Shown here: positions 8,103 to 17,089 of the stretch, one piece after another
Layout: each line of letters opens with the position of its first letter
Numbering within the stretch: the stretch's first letter is position 1
NCBI GenBank assembly: GCA_030648715.1
Contig: JAUSGZ010000045.1
Location: forward strand, 1 to 47,960
Direction of reading: 5' to 3'
From: a bacterium
GTDB taxonomy: Bacteria > Patescibacteriota > Patescibacteriia > Buchananbacterales > GWA2-38-13
DNA length: 47,960 nt
Translations under genes and position numbers: made by a program
Notes under the pieces: generated by a model
What the model was told of the DNA's origin: nothing
The model's input: the letters and a program-made list of their open reading frames with translations, nothing else
Databases searched by the model: none

Positions 8103-9314
8103 TTATTCGTGACGCAATGCCTCGATAGGATTCAGTTTGGCCGCACGGCGTGCCGGATAATACCCGAACACGATGCCGATGGCTGCCGCCACGCCGAACG
8201 CCAACGCAACCGATTCCGGAGAAACCCGGGTCGCGATGGAGCCCAACTGCGACACCAGTCTGGCAATGACCCACCCCAATCCGATGCCGACCGCGCCGCC
8301 GATAAAGGTGAGCGCAATGGACTCGGCCAGGAACTGCGCCGCCACTTCGCGCCGCTTGGCGCCCAAGGCCATCCGCAGCCCGATCTCGCGCGTACGTTCG
8401 GTGACCGCCGTCAGCATCATGTTCATAATGCCGATACCGCCGACCACCAAGGAAATACCGGCGATGGAGGCGAGAAAAACGGTGAACGCGGTCATCACCT
8501 GCGACAGCGTACCGAGAATATCGGCCTGGGAAATGATGGAAAAATCAGGCGTGGCGACGCGATGCCGCATGGTCAGGAGCGCGGACGCCTCGGCCTGCAC
8601 GGATGCCATCAGGTCTTTCTGCTCGCTGGTCATCGCGATGGACGAGACGTAGTCGCTCCCGGCCAGCAACTTCTGCATGGAAGAAAGCGGCACGAACACC
8701 ATATCGTCGGGGTTGGAAAATCCCGAACCGCCCTTCGTTTGCAGCATCCCGATCACTTTGAAATTGATACGGTTGATGCGGATGGTCTTGCCGAGCGGAT
8801 CCACCCCCTCGCCGAACAGGTCCTCCGCCACGGTCGGGCCCAACACGGCTACCCGCCCCAAGCTGCGCTGGCTCTGCTCGGTGATGAACGTCCCGCTCGC
8901 CACGGCGACATTGTGCACCGCGGCGTACGCCGGCACCGCCCCCATGACGGTAGAATTCGTGTTGTTGCCGGTAGCCGTGATCTGGTAGCGTCGTGACACC
9001 TCCGGCGAAATGGCTGCCACCCCGGATACTTCCTTGAGCGCTTCGGCGTCATCGTTGGTCAGCGTTTGAGCCGAACCTCGGCCAGCGGAAACGAACGCCC
9101 GCCCGGCCTGCTGCACGCCAGGCAGCACGGTCAGCAGATTGGAGCCCAGACCTTCGATGTTGGACTCGATGGTGCTCTGGGTCCCGGCGCCGATCGAGAC
9201 CATCGCGATAACCGACGCGATGCCAATAACGATGCCGAGAATGGTCAAGCCCGAGCGCGCCTTGTTGGCCGTCAGCGCCGAATTCGTTTCCAGCAACAGA
9301 TCCCGCAATTTCAT
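8103..9314 (-). CDS. MacB/FtsX-family ABC transporter permease
   Basis: RSGLTILGIVIGIASV, GGIGIMNMML..VTERTREIGLRMALGA, YPARRAAKLNPIEALR. Confidence 0.95.
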   Translation of the reverse strand: MKLRDLLLETNSALTANKARSGLTILGIVIGIASVIAMVSIGAGTQSTIESNIEGLGSNLLTVLPGVQQAGRAFVSAGRGSAQTLTNDDAEALKEVSGVAAISPEVSRRYQITATGNNTNSTVMGAVPAYAAVHNVAVASGTFITEQSQRSLGRVAVLGPTVAEDLFGEGVDPLGKTIRINRINFKVIGMLQTKGGSGFSNPDDMVFVPLSSMQKLLAGSDYVSSIAMTSEQKDLMASVQAEASALLTMRHRVATPDFSIISQADILGTLSQVMTAFTVFLASIAGISLVVGGIGIMNMMLTAVTERTREIGLRMALGAKRREVAAQFLAESIALTFIGGAVGIGLGWVIARLVSQLGSIATRVSPESVALAFGVAAAIGIVFGYYPARRAAKLNPIEALRHE

Positions 9315-10024
9315 ATGCCGGCATTTCTTACGAGCCGCCGCTGCCGGACCTCGTGGTCATCGGCGATCTGCCCATCCTGGATGTGGATGATGCGACCGGC
9401 ATGTTCGGCCACGTAGGGTTCATGGGTAATGAGTACGATGGTGCGGCCCTGCTCCGAATGCAGGCGCTGGAAAGTAGCCAGCACCGCCTCGCCGGTGACG
9501 GAGTCCAGGTTGCCGGTCGGCTCATCCGCGAGCACCAGCGACGGATTGTTCACCAACGCCCGCGCGATGGCGACCCGCTGCATCATCCCGCCGGACAATT
9601 GGTTGGGCTTGTGCCGCCAGAACTGCTCGGGGAACGCCGACGCGCGCAACGCCGATTCCGCCAAGCCCTGTCGGGTACGAGCATCGTTCCCCGCGTACAC
9701 CAGCGGCAGCATGACGTTGCGCAGAACGCTCGCTCGCGGTAGCAGATTGAACGACTGGAACACAAAACCGATCTTGCGGTTACGGATGTCCGCCAGCTCG
9801 TCGTCGTCGAGTTGGGCTACGTCACGCCCATCCAGAAGGTAGCTGCCCTGGGTCGGCACATCCAGACAACCCAGGATATGCATCAGGGTGGACTTCCCAG
9901 AACCGGAGGGCCCCATAATGGCGACGAACTCGCCGTCGCGGATGGCAAACGACACCCGCTTCAGCACGTGGGTCTCGATCTCACCCGTGACGTAGGTTTT
10001 CACGATATCGCGGCACTCCATCAT
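9311..10024 (-). CDS. ABC transporter ATP-binding protein (MacB/LolD type)
   Basis: GPSGSGKST, LSGG, LADEPTGNLD, ITHE; overlaps permease start. Confidence 0.96.
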   Translation of the reverse strand: MMECRDIVKTYVTGEIETHVLKRVSFAIRDGEFVAIMGPSGSGKSTLMHILGCLDVPTQGSYLLDGRDVAQLDDDELADIRNRKIGFVFQSFNLLPRASVLRNVMLPLVYAGNDARTRQGLAESALRASAFPEQFWRHKPNQLSGGMMQRVAIARALVNNPSLVLADEPTGNLDSVTGEAVLATFQRLHSEQGRTIVLITHEPYVAEHAGRIIHIQDGQIADDHEVRQRRLVRNAGI

Positions 10025-10842
10025 AGCTCCAGAAACTTGCGGATGGCGGCAGCGATGCCCTCGGCGGCGATCTGTGGTTGGCGGATAAGGATACGCTGGT
10101 CGCGCGGACTGGTCAAAAATCCGGTCTCCATGATGGCAGCGACCGTCATGGGGTGGGTGGCATGTTCATAGCGGCGCCAGTTGAACGCGTAGTAGCCGGT
10201 CATATTACGGGTGATATTGGCGTCCTGCCGCATCCCGGTCACCCGGCCGTATTCCTCCTCCAACGCGGCGACCAGGGCAGCGGCGCGACCGGTATAGTCG
10301 CGGCGCGGCGCCGCGGCCTTGAAACCTGAAACGTCCGGATCGGCGCTGCCATCCGCGTGAATGGCGACCACGACGTCCGACCAATACGACGGCGGGATCG
10401 TTGCCGGCAGGATCTCCACCGTAATGCCGTCCGCTTCCAGCAGCGTTTTCGTCGCTTCCGCAATGGCAAGGTTCACCTGCCACTCGGCCTTGGCGCCGCC
10501 GGATGTGCCGCCGCCGCGTTCGCGTAATCGCCGTAGCTCATCCGGCAAGTCGGCAGTTTTCCAGTGCCCCACCTGTAAGGCAACTTTCCACGGGCCCTCG
10601 GGACGGCGCCAACCGCTCAGGTCGGGCATCGGCCGAAAGCGCCGTCCGAAATAATTTTGCGGACTGGACTGCTCGACCTCCTGCACGTCCTCGAATTCAA
10701 CCTCCTGCTCCAATGAAACCACCGGCGACTGTGGCCACTGCGGGCCGCTCGTGTGGCGAGCGCCACTGCCGCGCGCAAAAATGAGGAGGGCTGCGGCGGC
10801 AGCAACCGACAGGACCAGGGCAATAACCGGCAGCTTGTGCAT
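10021..10842 (-). CDS. N-acetylmuramoyl-L-alanine amidase (Amidase_3-like)
   Basis: N-terminal TM; VALQVGH, AEWQVNL, AIHADG, IMETGFLTS motifs. Confidence 0.8.
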   Translation of the reverse strand: MHKLPVIALVLSVAAAAALLIFARGSGARHTSGPQWPQSPVVSLEQEVEFEDVQEVEQSSPQNYFGRRFRPMPDLSGWRRPEGPWKVALQVGHWKTADLPDELRRLRERGGGTSGGAKAEWQVNLAIAEATKTLLEADGITVEILPATIPPSYWSDVVVAIHADGSADPDVSGFKAAAPRRDYTGRAAALVAALEEEYGRVTGMRQDANITRNMTGYYAFNWRRYEHATHPMTVAAIMETGFLTSPRDQRILIRQPQIAAEGIAAAIRKFLEL

Positions 10843-10857
10843 AGGCGTGGCTACCGA

Positions 10858-12642
10858 TCAACGCGAACCGCCCCCGCCGCCAGTCGGCAATCCTGGGATA
10901 CGGAAGCCTCCGCTTGCATTTTGTGTCTGTGCCGTACCTGCCGACGGTACCGAGCCGGTAATAACGCGATCGCCTTCCTCCAGACCGCTGACGATCTCGG
11001 TGGATTCATCATTGACTAACCCGACCTCCACGGCCTGATGCCGGAGCGGCAACGCGAGTTGAACGCTGGTCAAGCTTCCGATGGTTGCTGCCTCCTGCGC
11101 AGCAGGCATTTCCACGTAATTGCTACTGCCCTGATTTTTCACCGCCGCGTTAGGCGCGAGCAGCACATCCACCTTGGTGGCCGTGATGATATTGACCGAA
11201 ACGCTCATGCCCGGCTTGATGCGGGAGTCCTGCGCGTCAAAGGTAACCTTCACCGCGTAGGAAACCACGCCCTGCGAAACGGCGCCGAGCGTGTCGATCT
11301 CGGCCACCACGCCGGTCAGGGATAATCCCTCGACCGCGTCGAACGTCAAAATGGCTTTCTGGCCGACCCGCACTGCGGCGACGTCCACCTCGTTGAGCGT
11401 GATCTCGGCCAGCTGCTGCGGCGATATCAGGGTCACGGCTACCGTACCCGAGGAGACGGCTTCACCCCGCTTGATGTTCATCTCGGCAACCACGCCGTCA
11501 ATGGGAGCGCGCAAGGTGTAGTCCGGCAGCTGTTCGCGCGCGTCCTGCAGCGCGACTTCGCGCTGGCGCACCGCCAGCTCCTGGGTCTGCAGGTCCAGCG
11601 GGTCGGTGCCCGCCTTCAGATCAGCAAGCTGTGCGGTCCGCTCGACGATAGTCCGTTCCGCGGCGGTGATGGCTTCTTTTTCAGATTGGACGCTGTTACG
11701 GATGGACAGCAGGCTTAACAGATGGGAATTGGTCGTACCAGTGTGGGCGTTGAGGCTGTTGAGGTGTGTCGTGCTCAAGGTTTGCGGCCTGGCCCGGCGT
11801 TCGGCCAGCGTATCCACGTAGAACTGGATAAGATTGGCCGCGCTCTTCACCGCCTCGGCGACGCCTTTGACGGTCACGTAGGTGTCGTCAATGAGCGCTT
11901 CTATCTCGGCCCGTTCGGAAAAACGGCTGGCCGCCTTATAGGTGCTGAAATTCTTATCATAGGCGGCACGGGCGGTCTGGTAAGCCGCGTCGGCGGCATC
12001 GCGGTACTGGAACACTTTTTCGTCGTAGGCTTTGATGGCGTTGACGTAGTAGTCCAGGTTCCACTGACTGCCGTCCAGCGTGTTGTCGTAGAGGATGTTG
12101 TTGAGGCTGGTCATCAGGTCGGGCAGATCCAAAAATGCGTCCGCGACGACATTGAACCCGTCTTCATAGGCTTTGGTGAGATCGTCCCGGGCCTGCTGTT
12201 TGGAATTTTCAGCCGTCAGCAGCGCATGTTCGGCCTGCAGCAGGGAAAGCGCATCCGCCGGACGCCGCAATTTTTCCAGCGACAATTCCGCCGATGCCAG
12301 GCTGGCCTCGGCGTCCCGCACCGCCTTCAGGGCGTCCCCCGCATCCAACTGGGCGATGACCGCGCCGGACTTGACGGTCTGGCCTGCAACGACCTGCACA
12401 CTGACCACATCGCCGGCAGCCTTGGGTTTCACCTCCACGAGATTCGCGGCTGATACCTGGCCGCTGCCGGAAACCGTCACGTTCAGTGTCCCGCGCTCCA
12501 CCGTTCCCAGCAGGTAACGCGCGGCAGCGGCCGGAGTCCGCCATCTCCGGTAGGCCCATACGCCCGAGCCGGTGGCAAGCAGCACGAGCGCGATGAGGAG
12601 GAACTTGCGCCGCGCGAGCGCCTTGGTGAACGTATGTTGCAT
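10858..12642 (-). CDS. HlyD/MacA-family membrane fusion (adaptor) protein with long coiled coil
   Basis: VSGSGQV, lipoyl halves (VVAGQTVKSG; LRAPIDGVV), LNEVDVAAVRVGQ, IKPGMS, EIVSGLEEGD. Confidence 0.92.
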   Translation of the reverse strand: MQHTFTKALARRKFLLIALVLLATGSGVWAYRRWRTPAAAARYLLGTVERGTLNVTVSGSGQVSAANLVEVKPKAAGDVVSVQVVAGQTVKSGAVIAQLDAGDALKAVRDAEASLASAELSLEKLRRPADALSLLQAEHALLTAENSKQQARDDLTKAYEDGFNVVADAFLDLPDLMTSLNNILYDNTLDGSQWNLDYYVNAIKAYDEKVFQYRDAADAAYQTARAAYDKNFSTYKAASRFSERAEIEALIDDTYVTVKGVAEAVKSAANLIQFYVDTLAERRARPQTLSTTHLNSLNAHTGTTNSHLLSLLSIRNSVQSEKEAITAAERTIVERTAQLADLKAGTDPLDLQTQELAVRQREVALQDAREQLPDYTLRAPIDGVVAEMNIKRGEAVSSGTVAVTLISPQQLAEITLNEVDVAAVRVGQKAILTFDAVEGLSLTGVVAEIDTLGAVSQGVVSYAVKVTFDAQDSRIKPGMSVSVNIITATKVDVLLAPNAAVKNQGSSNYVEMPAAQEAATIGSLTSVQLALPLRHQAVEVGLVNDESTEIVSGLEEGDRVITGSVPSAGTAQTQNASGGFRIPGLPTGGGGGSR

Positions 12643-12650
12643 AGTCGGCG

Positions 12651-13151
12651 TTATCTGGGCAGCGCACGCTCGAACGGCGACGGCCCCGGTTGCCGCATCA
12701 TTTGGCGCGGCGGCATGACCCGGATGACCTTGGCCTCGATCTGCCCGCTGCTGTTGGGTTCGCCGACCACCACCACGTCGTCGTCCACCTTCAGGTCGGA
12801 AATGGCGACGGTATCGCGAAAACGCTTGATGATAGTCTGTGCATTCACCAGCACGACCTTCTCCGCATCATCGGGGCTGGCCACCACCAACGTAGCGCCA
12901 TCGATCTTGACAATACGGCCAAAAGCCCCGGACGCCTCCATAAAATCCTGGCCTGAAAATTCCCGCAGAAAACCGCCGCGAGGACCGCCGAAATTCTTGT
13001 GGTAACTTTCGCCCCAGCGGTAGGAGAACGTCGCTTTCCGGTAGCCGACCGCCTTGCCCGCCGCGAACCCAACGACGAGCGCCAGCAGCAGCGAGAGAAC
13101 GAAACTGCCGATCTTGAAGCCCTTGGATTGCACCGCCTTGTTCAGGTCCAT
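12651..13151 (-). CDS. Membrane-anchored OB-fold (DUF5666-like) protein
   Basis: TM, GRIVKIDG, DLKVDDDVVVVGEPNSSGQIEAKVIRV; similar C-terminal domain to 7617..8081. Confidence 0.75.
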   Translation of the reverse strand: MDLNKAVQSKGFKIGSFVLSLLLALVVGFAAGKAVGYRKATFSYRWGESYHKNFGGPRGGFLREFSGQDFMEASGAFGRIVKIDGATLVVASPDDAEKVVLVNAQTIIKRFRDTVAISDLKVDDDVVVVGEPNSSGQIEAKVIRVMPPRQMMRQPGPSPFERALPR

Positions 13152-13152
13152 G

Positions 13153-13563
13153 CTATGCGTGGGTTAATTTCAAATTCCGCATCCGGGCAAGGTCGCGCAA
13201 CGCCGCACGAAGCGACCGCAGGCCGGTGAACGCCGCTGAAAGAAGCAGCAGCAGACCGAATGTCGGCACCGACTCCAGGAGCGCTGCGGCAAAGTCCTGC
13301 CAATACGCCGCCAATACTTCCGCGTCGGCTGCCGCCGCGGACAAAAACTCAAAAAAGCCGCTGCGCGCGGCATCGACAGCGACCCAGCGGAACGAAACAA
13401 TAAGCGCCACAAGCGACAACGCGTTCACTGCGATGGCAGAGGCCAGTTGCGTGATCACTCGCCGCCGCTCCGCAACACGCAGGGCGCTAAGAACCGCGCC
13501 CTGAAGTTCAACCGGCGGAATGGCCGGCGGCAGCTTGCGAAAAAGGGGAACATTCAGGTCCAT
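13153..13563 (-). CDS. Two-TM membrane protein, possible anti-sigma factor
   Basis: Likely start MDLNVPLFRKLP at 13563; short cytoplasmic N-terminus plus TM helices, downstream of ECF sigma. Anti-sigma role is inference from position. Confidence 0.6.
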   Translation of the reverse strand: MDLNVPLFRKLPPAIPPVELQGAVLSALRVAERRRVITQLASAIAVNALSLVALIVSFRWVAVDAARSGFFEFLSAAAADAEVLAAYWQDFAAALLESVPTFGLLLLLSAAFTGLRSLRAALRDLARMRNLKLTHA

Positions 13564-13772
13564 ACCCCGTCGTACAACGGTCAAATGCGTAATAATTTTT
13601 CCTGTTACCCCGACGCTTCGTTGTACAGCGGGGCATATTGGTATATACGCAAAAGTTCGTTTTTTGGTGCATCGAACGGCTGCAGTATTAAAACCCCCGT
13701 TCGAAAAAACCCGTCCGACCGAATAAAAATATAAAGAAAGAGCAGCGTCGCAAAACGTAATTCGGATGCCGA

Positions 13773-14336
13773 TCAACCGTTCTTTTCCAGCAACCCACGC
13801 AGCTTTTGCACGGCACGGCGGTGGCGGCTCTTGGCCGTGGAAAGCGGCTGCCCCAATACCTGGCCGATCTCTTCGAACGTAAACTCCTCCTGGTAGTGCA
13901 GGAGCAGCACGGTGCGCGAATCGGGATCCAGTTGCTCCAGGGCCGCTGATAAACGCTGTGCCGCGTCAGCACGGTCCATCTGGTCGGGCGGCAACAACGC
14001 GGGGTCGACGACTTCGGCTCCCGGGTCACCTTCCTCCTCCCCCGCCGCCAGCGGCAACGGGCTGCCCTTCTTACGCCGCAGCAGGTCGTAGGCCGCATTG
14101 CGGCCGATGCGGAACAGCCAGGTTTTAAAACGACGTCGCTCGTCGAAACGACGCAGCTGGCGCCATGCCTTCAGCCAGGTTTCCTGCGCGAGATCTTGAG
14201 CGTCGCGCTCGTTGCCGACCAGCCGAAATAGCCATCCGTACAGAGGTGGCAGCAAACGCCGGACCAGCGCGTCGAATGCCGCGCGGTCGCCGCGACGGTA
14301 GTCGACCACCAATTGTTCATCCGTGCGCTCATCCAT
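13773..14336 (-). CDS. ECF RNA polymerase sigma factor
   Basis: TDEQLV, DAQDLAQETWLKAW, FKTWLFRIGRN, TFEEIGQVLG..LSTAKSRHRRA (regions 2 and 4). Confidence 0.95.
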   Translation of the reverse strand: MDERTDEQLVVDYRRGDRAAFDALVRRLLPPLYGWLFRLVGNERDAQDLAQETWLKAWRQLRRFDERRRFKTWLFRIGRNAAYDLLRRKKGSPLPLAAGEEEGDPGAEVVDPALLPPDQMDRADAAQRLSAALEQLDPDSRTVLLLHYQEEFTFEEIGQVLGQPLSTAKSRHRRAVQKLRGLLEKNG

Positions 14337-14464
14337 GGTTCCCGCATTCAACGGCCGCAGTATGGTGATGGTAGGCGCGAATGCTTCCTGCGTCAAATGG
14401 TCTTGTGTTACCATTATGTTGAAAGTTCGTACGTTGTTTTATCATTCATAATCGCAACCACGCT

Positions 14465-14971
14465 ATGCGGCAACGCAGTTCCGTTGCTCTGGCCGCAGTG
14501 GCGGCAATGGCTGTTATCCTTGCCGGCTGCACGCCGAGTCAGACCCAAACGCCGGTTGAAACCCCGACGCCGACCCCCGAGACGACGGCCGGGGCGTCGG
14601 CGGGCGCCAAGGTCGGTCCGAACGCGATCTATGCGGCCGACCAGAAGCCCGGCACCCAACTGACCGTCGGCATGGTTTCGCTGGCAGCGGCCGGCTACGT
14701 CGTCATCCACGCCGATAACGAAGGCAAGCCCGGACCGATCCTGGGCCAAAGCGCCTTGTTGCCCGCCGGCGCGAGCAGCAATGTCGTCATCACGCTCCCA
14801 CAGGCGGTCGCCGACGGGGCGCAGCTGCACGCCATGCCGCACCGCGACGACGGCGACTCGGTATTCAATGCCGCCAAAGACGCGCCGGTCAAAGACACGC
14901 TCGGGAACGTCATCTCGATGATGTTTGCGATCGACGCCCAGGCCGTAGCAGCGCCGCCGGTCCAATTCTAG
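14465..14971 (+). CDS. Lipoprotein with C-terminal beta-rich domain
   Basis: LAGC lipobox; GYVVIHAD...G.ILGQS, AMPHRDDGD motif. Confidence 0.8.
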   Translation: MRQRSSVALAAVAAMAVILAGCTPSQTQTPVETPTPTPETTAGASAGAKVGPNAIYAADQKPGTQLTVGMVSLAAAGYVVIHADNEGKPGPILGQSALLPAGASSNVVITLPQAVADGAQLHAMPHRDDGDSVFNAAKDAPVKDTLGNVISMMFAIDAQAVAAPPVQF

Positions 14972-14976
14972 GCCGC

Positions 14977-15013
14977 CAAAAAACTCCCCCGCATTCGCGA
15001 GGGGAGTTTTTTT
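14977..15013. terminator. Bidirectional terminator, near-identical to 7567-7602
   Basis: caaaaaactcccccgcattcgcgaggggagttttttt. Confidence 0.8.
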
Positions 15014-15206
15014 ATGGCAGATGGAACACGTCCTCAATGGCGCGCCGTTTCAGCGCGCGAGTTATGGCGTACGCCAGGCCAAGCGACGGATTGTACCTTC
15101 CCTGCTCCAGAGAAATGATGGTTTGCCGGGTCACGCCGGCCGAGATAGCCAGTTGCTCCTGCGTCAACCCAAGTTCGCGCCGAAGCTCACTGATGCTGGA
15201 CTTCAT
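15012..15206 (-). CDS. XRE-family HTH transcriptional regulator
   Basis: [28 protein letters not shown]...IEDVF. Confidence 0.93.
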   Translation of the reverse strand: MKSSISELRRELGLTQEQLAISAGVTRQTIISLEQGRYNPSLGLAYAITRALKRRAIEDVFHLP

Positions 15207-15215
15207 TGCTGTTAC

Positions 15216-15644
15216 TTAGTTGCGGCGTTCGAGGTAGAGGTTCGTGAACGCCTTGGCCGCCACGCCGCCGACCAGCGCCGCAATGATGACCGGGTCGATC
15301 TGCACCAGGCCGCGTACGATCCCGGCGGCGACCTGGTAGCCGACCCCGGCGGCCAGCACCGCGACCATGGCCCAGACGGCGTTCCGCTCGGCCAAGGCTT
15401 CATGCAGGCGTTCACGTTCATCGCGCGGCATGCGCACCATGATATCCGCCAGATCAACGGTGATGAGCGCACCCCAGACGAGCAGCAACGTAAGACGGGC
15501 GTTCGCCGCCACGCCGGGGAGCGACTGGATGATGAACATCGGCGCGATGACCACGGCCAAATACACCCAGCCTTGCCAGGTTTTCGGGGTCAGCCCCCAG
15601 CCGCCGTACTTCCGCCGTTGAAACCACGCGGGATGACCGAACAT
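15216..15644 (-). CDS. Four-TM membrane protein (DUF2178-like DERE motif)
   Basis: WFQRRKYGGWGLTPKTWQGW, RDERE, hydrophobic helices; paired with XRE regulator. Confidence 0.75.
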   Translation of the reverse strand: MFGHPAWFQRRKYGGWGLTPKTWQGWVYLAVVIAPMFIIQSLPGVAANARLTLLLVWGALITVDLADIMVRMPRDERERLHEALAERNAVWAMVAVLAAGVGYQVAAGIVRGLVQIDPVIIAALVGGVAAKAFTNLYLERRN

Positions 15645-15746
15645 ACGCGGAAAATGAAGAATTAAGTATGTAAAAAATATATTACATCCGCGAATTTCCG
15701 TCAAGTGGATAACCATGGACCGCGATGGTACAATGCGGGCAATACC

Positions 15747-16907
15747 ATGCGCGCAAACAAAAAGACATTCCACCTCATCTACCTGTTGAACTTTCTCCTG
15801 GCCCTGGCCTGGGCGCTGCCCGCCTACATTGAATCCGCCTACCTACAAGCGACCGCCGGCAGCCGCGCGGTTGCCGTTTTCCTCTCGGCCGCTACCCTGG
15901 TCACCGCGGTGGTGGTCTTTTTTTATCCGCGCCTGATACGCCGCGTCAGCAACTACCGGGCGATGGTGCCCGTGCTGCTCGCCAACTTCGTTCTGCTTTC
16001 CGCCCTGGCGTTCGCGACGCACGCCGGTACGATATTCTTCGTCTTTATCGCCTACTACGCCACGGGGACGCTGCTGGGCATCAACATCGATGTTTTTTTG
16101 GAGGACATTTCGGATGACGAGCACACCGGCCGCATCCGAACCAACCTCCTGATGGTCGCCAACATCAGCTGGGTGCTGGCGCCGCTGCTGATGGGCCTGC
16201 TCGCGGACGGCGAGCGCTACCGGCTGGTGTTCATGGCCGCCGCCACCGCGCTCGTGCCCGCCCTGCTGCTGCTCATGCTGCAACGGCGTTCGATGCGCGA
16301 CCGATTCGCGTACCGGAGCCGCCACTTCCACCAGCTGCTGGCCGCGGTGTGGCGCGATCCCAACCTGGTCAAGATATTCACTCTGGCGCTGGTGCTACGG
16401 TTTTTTTACTTCATCATGGTGCTCTACATCCCGTTACACCTCCACAATGAGCTCGGGTTTTCTTGGGGCACGATCGGCTGGATACTGACGGTGATGCTGC
16501 TGCCCTTCTTGCTGCTGCAGCTGCCCGCCGGCCGCATCGCCGACCGGTTCCTCGGCGAAAAGGAGATCATGGTAGCCGGCCTGCTCACGATGGTAGTGTT
16601 CACCGGGCTCATTTTTTTCACCCGCGCCACCAGCCCGGTCGTGTGGGCCGCGGTTCTCTTTATGACCCGCGTGGGGGCGGCGCTGGTGGAGGCGATGCAG
16701 GAGGTCTACTTTTTCAAGCACGTCAACCGCCGCGATATCGACCTGATCAACCTCTTCCGCGACCTGGGGCCGGTGGGCTGGCTTGGCGCCTCGCTGTTCT
16801 CACTGGCAGTACTTTCGTTCTTCCCCATCCCCTACCTGTTCCTGTTCTTGGCCGTCATCCTCATCGCTGCCTTGCGCCCGGCGCTCACGTTGGTGGATAC
16901 GAAGTGA
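15747..16907 (+). CDS. MFS transporter
   Basis: About 12 hydrophobic segments, GRIADRFLGEKE loop motif. Confidence 0.88.
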   Translation: MRANKKTFHLIYLLNFLLALAWALPAYIESAYLQATAGSRAVAVFLSAATLVTAVVVFFYPRLIRRVSNYRAMVPVLLANFVLLSALAFATHAGTIFFVFIAYYATGTLLGINIDVFLEDISDDEHTGRIRTNLLMVANISWVLAPLLMGLLADGERYRLVFMAAATALVPALLLLMLQRRSMRDRFAYRSRHFHQLLAAVWRDPNLVKIFTLALVLRFFYFIMVLYIPLHLHNELGFSWGTIGWILTVMLLPFLLLQLPAGRIADRFLGEKEIMVAGLLTMVVFTGLIFFTRATSPVVWAAVLFMTRVGAALVEAMQEVYFFKHVNRRDIDLINLFRDLGPVGWLGASLFSLAVLSFFPIPYLFLFLAVILIAALRPALTLVDTK

Positions 16908-16950
16908 TCGCCACCTTTCTAGGAAAGGTGGCGCCAAAGTCGCGCCCGGA

Positions 16951-17036
16951 TGTCATTCCCGAGCCTCGGAGGGAATCCAGTAAATCGGTAAAACGGCCTC
17001 GGGTTACTGGATCCCGGGTCTGGGCCCGGGATGACG
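16951..17036. repeat. Inverted doublet of REP-like palindromes (empty copy 2)
   Basis: tgtcattcccgagcctcggagggaatccag (16951-16980) and ctggatcccgggtctgggcccgggatgacg (17007-17036). Confidence 0.85.
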
Positions 17037-17089
17037 CTTCGTGTCACTTTCCTGCCAATGGGCGCATCGTGGACAGTCGATAAGGAAAA

